Positions 37,391 through 44,560 of a DNA stretch of 44,560 bases are shown piece by piece; position 1 is the first letter of the stretch, and each line of letters begins with the position of its first letter. The notes beneath the pieces were generated by a model that did not search any database, had not been told where the DNA came from, and was given only the letters and a program-made list of their open reading frames with translations. Both the position numbers and the translations under genes were made by a program. The DNA comes from Octopus sinensis (taxonomy: Eukaryota). Where the stretch lies: contig NW_021835925.1 of the NCBI RefSeq assembly GCF_006345805.1, forward strand, positions 1 through 44,560, in the 5' to 3' direction.

Positions 37391-37554
37391 TATAATTAAG
37401 GGCTAAATAGGGTTATTCTAAAGCCAATACACTGATTTATCCACTTATAATCCACTTGTTACAGGAAATTTTTGAAATTTCCTGTAACAAGTGGATTATA
37501 AGTGGATAAATCAGTGTATTGGCTTTAGAATAACCATCTTTAGCCCTTAATTAT
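37391..37554. repeat. 164 bp near-perfect palindrome
   Basis: 37411-37471 is the exact reverse complement of 37475-37535 (3 nt loop ttg); outer 17 bp also pair. Confidence 0.95.
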
Positions 37555-37670
37555 AAGATGTTTATACTTCAACCATAAAGTTTTTTTTAATATACTGCCA
37601 CACTTTTTGATGGAATCCTTTGCTGTAGAGAAAGGGACTTCATCCTATATTGTTAGTTTGTATATGTATA

Positions 37671-37706
<36 letters not shown>

Positions 37707-37708
<2 letters not shown>

Positions 37709-37935
37709 CGGCGAGCTGGTAGAATCGTTAACACGCCGGGCGAAATGCTTAGCGGTATTTCGTCTGCGGTTACGTTCTGAGTTCAAATTCCGCCGAGATT
37801 GACTTTGCCTTTCATCCTTTCGGAGTCGATTAAATAAGTACCAGCTATGCACTGGGGTCGACGTAATGGACTTAATCCCTTTGTCTGTTCTTGTTTGTCC
37901 CCCTCTGCGTTTAGCCCCTTGTGCGCAATAAAGAA

Positions 37936-37938
<3 letters not shown>
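37707..37938 (+). mobile_element. SINE family C full monomer (tail-alpha)
   Basis: A box tggtagaatcg, B box gagttcaaattcc, body cctttcatcctttcggagtcgattaaataagtaccag, tail aataaagaaata. Confidence 0.92.
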
Positions 37939-37967
<29 letters not shown>

Positions 37968-38399
37968 GTATGTATGCATGTATAAAGTGGTATTTACTTT
38001 CTTCTCAATGTAGCGTGATAGCAGTACCTAAATATGGTGTAACTTCTTTTGGAGCACTTGTGCCTCATCTATGCTCCTTTTCTTCCATCACCTGCACTTT
38101 CAGTAATACCTCTTTTCAATTCCCCCTATCACAGCAGCCCTCAGCAATTAGTTTTTTTTTTCTTGACTCTCACTTTCATTTTTAACTTTTAACTTTTAAA
38201 GGTTTCCGTAAATATCTCATCGCATGCTTTTCCACAATATTTTTCTAACCTCAACTGGCTTCCATATTTCATTTCTGAATTCCAATTTGCTGCCTTAGTA
38301 TCCCTCCTCCTCCTCCTCTCACCCCTATCTCCTCCATTTCTTTCTCTTCTTTTTCTTCTTCTTAGTACCTCCTTCCTTTTCACCCCCACCACCATCACT

Positions 38400-38412
38400 G
38401 CAAACATAATCG

Positions 38413-38458
<46 letters not shown>

Positions 38459-38780
38459 TACCACCACCACCACCACCACAACCACCACCACCACCACCAC
38501 TACTACTACTACTGCTACTACTACAACCACCACCACTACCACCACTACTACCAATACGATCATCGTCACCGCCACCACGAAATCTTTGCCACAACATCCA
38601 GCATCACCGTTGCCGCCGCCACCATCGCTACCATCGCCACCTATTTCCTTTCACCTTCCTCCTCCACATTCACCTTCTACTCCCCTTCCGGATACTGCTA
38701 CTACTAATACTACCACCACCACCAACACCACACCACCACCACCACCACCACCACCACCACCACTACTACTACTACTACTA
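38400..38780. repeat. (ACT)/(ACC) trinucleotide block
   Basis: Direct. Confidence 0.9.
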
Positions 38781-39372
38781 TTTATCCCCCCTTTTTTCTT
38801 CTTTGTTTTTGTCTCCCCCCCTCTTCTCTCTTCGTTTCCTTCTTTCCTTTTTCCATTCTATTATTTTAACTTCCTCCCTCTGCAAATGCCACCCGGGAAT
38901 TTTTAGCATATATCGTTTATTTCTTTAACCTTTTGACATTTAAACCATTCACTCTCACCCTACCTTACTCTCTCTAACTCTTTCTCTCTGTCTCTCTCTC
39001 TGTCTCTCGTCCTCTCACACTCTCTCCATTTGGCCCATTCATACCAGCATACGTCTTATATTATTTTTGCCCTCCTGATACGAAGAGATACTATTTTATA
39101 TCTATTTGCCGTTTGCCATTAACCAATATATATCAATAGTTTTTTTTTACGCATCGATATGGCCAGCGGGATTACACCCACCACTTCAACCTTTGCCGTA
39201 TAGTTATTTGTATTTTTATCTCACAATTGTAGACATTATTATTATTATTATTATTAAAATTTCTGCTAATTAAATTAGCATATAGCTATGATAATAATAA
39301 TATAATAATAATAATAATAATATAATAATAATAATAATAATAACAATAATAATAATAAATCGTAATAATAAT

Positions 39373-39590
39373 GACACAAGAGATGTAGCATCTTAAATCA
39401 GAGGTTTTTCTGTTATTGCAGGTATGATAGAAAAAAAAAGGGATTTCAGAAATATCTATATAACATCCCAGGAGAACCATATCTCACAGAAAGCCAAAAG
39501 ATCGTTTTGACAAGTACGGCCCACAGCCTGAGAAAAACCAAATCAAATTTAATTGAACGTTCGTGTTGTGCTGTATTATAGAAATGCCTT
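39373..39590 (+). mobile_element. R4/Dong-clade 3' fragment, same subfamily as copy B
   Basis: atcccaggagaaccatatctca..gaaa...aaaagat..t..tgacaagtac is nearly identical to the reverse of 17365-17435; preceded by (AAT)n. Confidence 0.8.
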
Positions 39591-39906
39591 TCTGTATTTC
39601 ATCCCCAATTTCACTCCGCAAACATTCAATTATATCTGTTAGCCATAAATTGCCCTAGGGTGCTGGTTATAATTGTATTGTGTCATATTATATTTATTGC
39701 TGTGATCGTCCCTTTTTACGTTCTGAGTTCAAATTCAGCGAGTCGGAGAAAATACTTCACAGTACTTTTGAGTTAAAATATCGCCGCGGTCAACTTTAAA
39801 AAAAAATAAGTATCAGATACATAGTAAAGTCGATGCAACCGACTGATCCAACGTCCTCATAATTACAGAAGTTGTGCTAAAATTTGAAGCTTTTTACTCT
39901 TATTCT

Positions 39907-40468
39907 TTTCTACTCTAGGCACAAGGCCCGAAATTTTGAAGGAGGGGACCAGTCGATAAGATCGACCCCAGTACGAAACTGGTACTTAATTTATCGACCT
40001 CCGAAAGGATGAAAGGCAAATTTGCCTCGGCGAAATTTGAACTCAGAAAGTAAAGAAAGACGAAATACCTATTTCTTTAAACACAGAGGAGACAAACAAG
40101 GACAGGCAGACGGATTAAGTCGATTATATCGATCCCAGTGCGTAACTGGTACTTATTTAATCGAGCCCGAAAGGATGAAAGGCAAAGTCGACCTCGGCAG
40201 AATTTGAACTCAGAACGTAACGGCAAACGAAATACCTATTTCTTTATTACCCACAAGGGGCTAAACATAGAGGGGACAAACAAGGACAGACATAGGTAGT
40301 AAGTCGATTACATCGACCCCAGTGTGTAACTGGTACTTAATTTATCGACCCCGAAAGGATGAAAGGCAAAGTCGACCTCCGCAGAATTTGAACTCAGAAC
40401 GTAATCGCAGACGAAATACCGCTAAGCATTTCGCCCAGCGTGCTAACGTTTCTGCCAGCTCACAGCCT
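39907..40468 (-). mobile_element. SINE family C trimer (head + alpha + alpha + beta)
   Basis: Three tandem bodies; both junctions read gaaatacc/tatttcttta on the plus strand. Confidence 0.92.
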
Positions 40469-41042
40469 TGTTTTTTTTACTATTATTGTTATCGTTGTCT
40501 TGACGGAACAATTAGTTGATTATAAAATATTCGCAAAAATTTCCCAGAGTTTCAGCAGATAAGAAAGAGAAAGCAAAACCTTGCGGTATCACCTCTGGCT
40601 ATTTTCGCTTTTTGTTCAAAGATCTCCGAGACCCACTTCGCTTTTTATCCTGTCGAGGTGATAAAATAAAGTACCCGCCGAGGACTGATGTCTATAGAAT
40701 CGGCAAACCTCCTCCCTTTAAACCACAGACCTGGTATCTATAGAAGAAATAATCCCTACTCGTAACCGCCGGACAAAATGCTAACCGTTATATATTGTCT
40801 TTGTGTTTTGAATTCAAATTTCGCCGAGATCAACATTACCTATGATTTCTTTAACTGCTCAAAAATTGCTATCATTCCTGCAGTTATGCAACCATTAGTA
40901 TCCTTCCTTGGGTAAAAGAAAACTTACCATGTTTTCCTTCTCTAAATAAAAATGAATATTCTTTCAGTTCTACAAGCATGAATATCCTTCCTTCAGCTAA
41001 AGAACATTATTATCATTACATAAGCTACAAAAAAATTGGTTT

Positions 41043-41205
41043 GAATTTTGGCACAAGGCCAGTGGTGGGGAGGTGTTAAAACGATTACATTGACCCCAAG
41101 TTTCTACTGGTACTGCTTTTATCGACCCCGAAAGCATGAAAGCCAAAGTCGACCTCGGCGGAATTTGAAATCATAACGCTAAGATGGACAAAATGCCACT
41201 AGGCA
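41043..41205 (-). mobile_element. SINE family C fragment (tail-beta)
   Basis: ggcacaaggcc...ctggtact...atcgaccccgaaag.atgaaag.caaagtcgacctcggcggaatttgaa. Confidence 0.85.
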
Positions 41206-41618
41206 AATATGAATATTAACTAGCGGTACCCGAAAACATTTCACAGAATTAATGGTAAACTTATTGGGTATTTCTAAAAACTTTATCAAAAAACCTGAAA
41301 GCGTAGCCTGTGTTGTGTCTCTATCAAACGATATTTGCTCATCTGTTACTCATTGAAAAGTGAAAGAAATTGGAATACGGTGATTATTTACTTTATGCAC
41401 TATTTTATAGATTTAATACACAGCACTCTCTCTCTTTCTCTCTGTTTCTCTCTCACTCTTCACCTTACTCTTTTCTCTCTCCTTTCTCTTTTGCTCTTCG
41501 CTTTTGCCTCCAACTAATCACGTGAAAGCGTTACAGACGGGCTAAGTAACAAAAGAAGGAAACACCTGGCTAAAACAAACATAAGTATTACACTTTTCAC
41601 TCACCACCAGCTCTAACT

Positions 41619-41642
41619 CCCCTCCCCTCCCCATCTATCCCC
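41619..41642 (-). other. G-quadruplex-forming motif
   Basis: GGGG ATAGAT GGGG A GGGG A GGGG on the minus strand. Confidence 0.7.
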
Positions 41643-42116
41643 ACCTCGCATCCCTCCTCTCCTCCTTCAGCCAATCCCTTGGAAAATTTGCAAACCGTCC
41701 AATTAAAAGAAAAACGAGCAGAATTGTTATATTCTTTAAGCTTGTCATCCAAGCTCTGAGATGCATTCAAGTCGTTCATATCTTTCGTACGAAAGACTTT
41801 GCTTCAATTGCTCAGGTGTAAAGCAATTACAAGAGCTTCAATTTCTTGCTGTCAGCCTTCTTAAGCGACGCCCCTAATACAATCTGCAAAGACATATATA
41901 CATGCGTGTGTGTGTGTGTGTGTCCGAAAATCTTTATAGAGTTCTGAATATGTTCATTTTCTGTTTCCATATAAACGCCTATGTATATATATCTACATGT
42001 TTATGTATGTTATTTTTGCTATTTTTTTTGTATATCAAGTGCAGGAGTACTTATTTTGTTTGCGTCATTATCTATACTCAATCACACACACACACCACAT
42101 GTCTATGTATATAAGT

Positions 42117-42162
<46 letters not shown>

Positions 42163-42617
42163 TACATATATATATAATATATATATATATATACATTTAT
42201 ATATACATATATACACATATATATAGCAGTGATGTATGTATGTGTATGTATTGGTGTTCGTATGTATGCACGTATATATACATATGTTCAAAGAATGAGA
42301 ATGCAAATAAAGACTTAATATTACTCTATCGGTACAGCTGTTTCGTAATTTACTGTAGGCAACATCATTAACTTTCATACATATGCTCCAACATAACATA
42401 TACTCTGCACATACACATATTATATATAGATACGTGAAACCATACATATGTACACACAACTACATACAATATAAATGCATAGTCACATGCAGACTTTTTG
42501 CAAAAGAGGAAACCAATTTTATATGAACTTGCATGGGTGTATATTATATATATATATATAATATATATATAATGAAAAGAGACACAAACACAAACACGGA
42601 TATATGTGTATATATAT

Positions 42618-42654
<37 letters not shown>

Positions 42655-42680
42655 GAAAAGAGACACAACACAAACACGGA

Positions 42681-42741
<61 letters not shown>

Positions 42742-42747
42742 ATATAT

Positions 42748-42945
42748 AAAGTTAATCCAAACATGAAAGCACAAAAAAAAACACAACACCGTGAGGAGTG
42801 GAACAATATAGTATTATTGGACGCTCAGGAAAGAAGGAAAGAAGGAGGGTTTAACGTTTCGAGCGGAGCTCTCTGTCGGAAACATAGGAGAAGGAAAGAT
42901 CCAGAGAAGGGAAGACAGGAAAAATCGCCAACGGTACACACGCGG
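42748..42945 (-). mobile_element. About 200 bp hammerhead-bearing mini-element between (TA)n tracts
   Basis: Sharp boundaries with TA runs on both sides; 3' of the motif it resembles 22325-22350. Confidence 0.7.
42849..42883 (-). ncRNA. Minimal type I hammerhead-like motif with variant core
   Basis: GTTT CCGACAGA GAGC tcc GCTC GAAACGT T AAAC: all three stems intact, core deviates from CUGANGA. Confidence 0.65.
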
Positions 42946-42967
42946 TATATATATATATTATATATAT

Positions 42968-42998
<31 letters not shown>

Positions 42999-43563
42999 TC
43001 ATTAATATTGTTGTATATAGATTTAAGTACACGATAAAAGTACACTGTCATTCGATGCAGTTTGTCATCGACTGTATTATGTGACTTGTATATATTTGTG
43101 TTTTTTGTTCGATTCACCGTTAGTTAATTTTTTCACGTATTCTTTCTACTATAAACATTCTTTGGGTAATTGTCATCATCAATAATATTAATACGCCAAT
43201 TTGCTTTTTGCATGTACCTGACGCGTGTGCCACGCTTAAGAGAAAGAAGTTCGTTGCTTACTAGATCTCTTGAAACTTCTGGAAGAGATTTGAAATCACC
43301 TCCTGTGTGTTGTATTACTACTTCTCAGCACTCATGCCCACTGGACTACCGAAACAGCAACGAGGTTAACGTGGGAATTAACATACTTAAATGTGACGCG
43401 TGTATACCTGCAATATAATTAAGATGAGTAAGATGAGTATCTTCGAAACATTTTCAACTTTTTGGACAAAAACTAATACCTTCGTATATGTTTTTTTCTA
43501 TTGAAACGCAAAGAATCATTTTGGAGATTTATTGTTTTAATAACGAGTATATAAAATGTGAAT

Positions 43564-43845
43564 AATCGCATGAGGGACGCAGCACGAGAGCGTCAGCGTA
43601 GAAGGAGAGAACGATTGTGTGTGGAACAGACGGTGGAAATACGGAATCGAAATCGCGTGAGGATGAGGCAGAGAAGAAACGAAATAAGTCAAGGAGGGAA
43701 AGAAATAAGCTAAGGATAGAACAAATGAGCCAGGACCATAGAGATGTGTATTTTCAAAATAAGAGAGACAGAGATCAACAGAATCGAGAACACATGAGTC
43801 AAGAGCAAAGGCAGCTGTACTTAGAAAATATGAGAAACAGCTGGT
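43564..43845 (+). pseudogene. Arg/Glu/Gln-rich helical repeat relic resembling the N-terminus of Helitron Rep/helicase proteins
   Basis: RMRDAARERQRRRRERLCVEQTVEIRNRNRVRMRQRR, frameshift, then RIEQMSQDHRDVYFQNKRDRDQQNREHMSQEQRQLYLENMR. Confidence 0.5.
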
Positions 43846-43900
43846 TCTCTCACGGTATATCAGCAAACAGCAAAATCACACAAGCTATATATATATATAT

Positions 43901-44066
43901 GACGGTCTTGGAGGTGGTGGTGATGCTAGCTTGTGTGATTTTGCTGTTTGGCCTGCTCGCTTAGCCAGCGGGGTGGCGTCATTCGAAGGCTAAAACAATG
44001 CGAACGCATTGTGACCAGCGATGTGTAGCAACATCTGATGGTCTGGTCGGTCATGTGATCATGTGA
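43901..44066. repeat. Probable short interspersed repeat inserted in (TA)n
   Basis: Complex 166 bp segment bounded by TA runs; recalled as an octopus repeat; single copy in this window. Confidence 0.4.
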
Positions 44067-44096
44067 TATATATATATATATATTAATGTTGTGGTC

Positions 44097-44421
44097 GATG
44101 AAGTCCACTCAAGCCTAGCAAAAGTCACCAGTGGTTTCCCTCAACGGACTGTCTTGGGTCCGCTCCTCTTTATAATCTACAAAACGTCCTCTCCAGCGTC
44201 GTAAATCACTGCAAAGGGAAAATATTTGCTGATGACACTAAGCTCCAGCAAATCATCAATGAAGAAAACCGAACTCAACTTCAGTCTGATCTATATGCTG
44301 TGAGTCAATTGGCAGACAAAAACAAAATGCAACTAAACGAAGGAAAATTTGATCTGATGCATTTTGGAAAAAAAACTATGCTAAAACAACAATACTCTCG
44401 TCCTTCAGGGGAGCCGCTCAC
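44097..44421 (+). pseudogene. CR1/L2/Jockey-group LINE reverse transcriptase fragment
   Basis: VTSGFPQRTVLGPLLFIIY (1 bp frameshift) N.LSSVVNHCKGKIFADDTKL...LQSDL...NKMQLNEGKFDLMHFG. Confidence 0.92.
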
Positions 44422-44428
44422 ATTATTA

Positions 44429-44496
<68 letters not shown>

Positions 44497-44499
44497 TGT

Positions 44500-44560
<61 letters not shown>
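44422..44560. repeat. (ATT)(AGT)(GTT)(ATT) trinucleotide run
   Basis: Direct. Confidence 0.95.

Noticed and set aside
39907-40468. CRISPR-like repeat-spacer array
   Set aside because: Units are ~165 bp SINE bodies homologous along their whole length; no unique spacers or cas genes; eukaryotic context

Overview
AT-rich, repeat-saturated eukaryotic DNA, most likely an intronic or intergenic stretch of an Octopus (cephalopod) genome. That assignment rests on my recognition of three tRNA-derived SINE families and the microsatellite landscape, not on a database search. No protein-coding gene can be confidently called, and nearly all ORFs in the track are translated microsatellites. Real coding remnants are: seven 3' fragments of R4/Dong-clade non-LTR retrotransposons, all oriented with (TAA)n on their sense strand (best copy 18258-19359, with CCHC knuckle and restriction-like endonuclease); a CR1/L2-type reverse transcriptase fragment (44097-44421); and an Arg/Glu-rich Helitron-like relic. 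The most interesting signal is RNA-structural: five minimal type I hammerhead ribozyme motifs of the Penelope-like-element kind, from at least four sequence families. Two lie in the ~820 bp arms of a 1.9 kb inverted repeat (23883-25767; the left copy is intact). One lies in an apparently composite tRNA-head/(TAA)n/hammerhead SINE (35941-36545) that has been split by an R4/Dong insertion. Also present: a SINE family occurring as monomer, dimer and trimer with a fixed junction, a 164 bp near-perfect palindrome, a small MITE, and a few weak exon candidates. Family labels A/B/C are my working names. Coordinates of degraded repeats are approximate.
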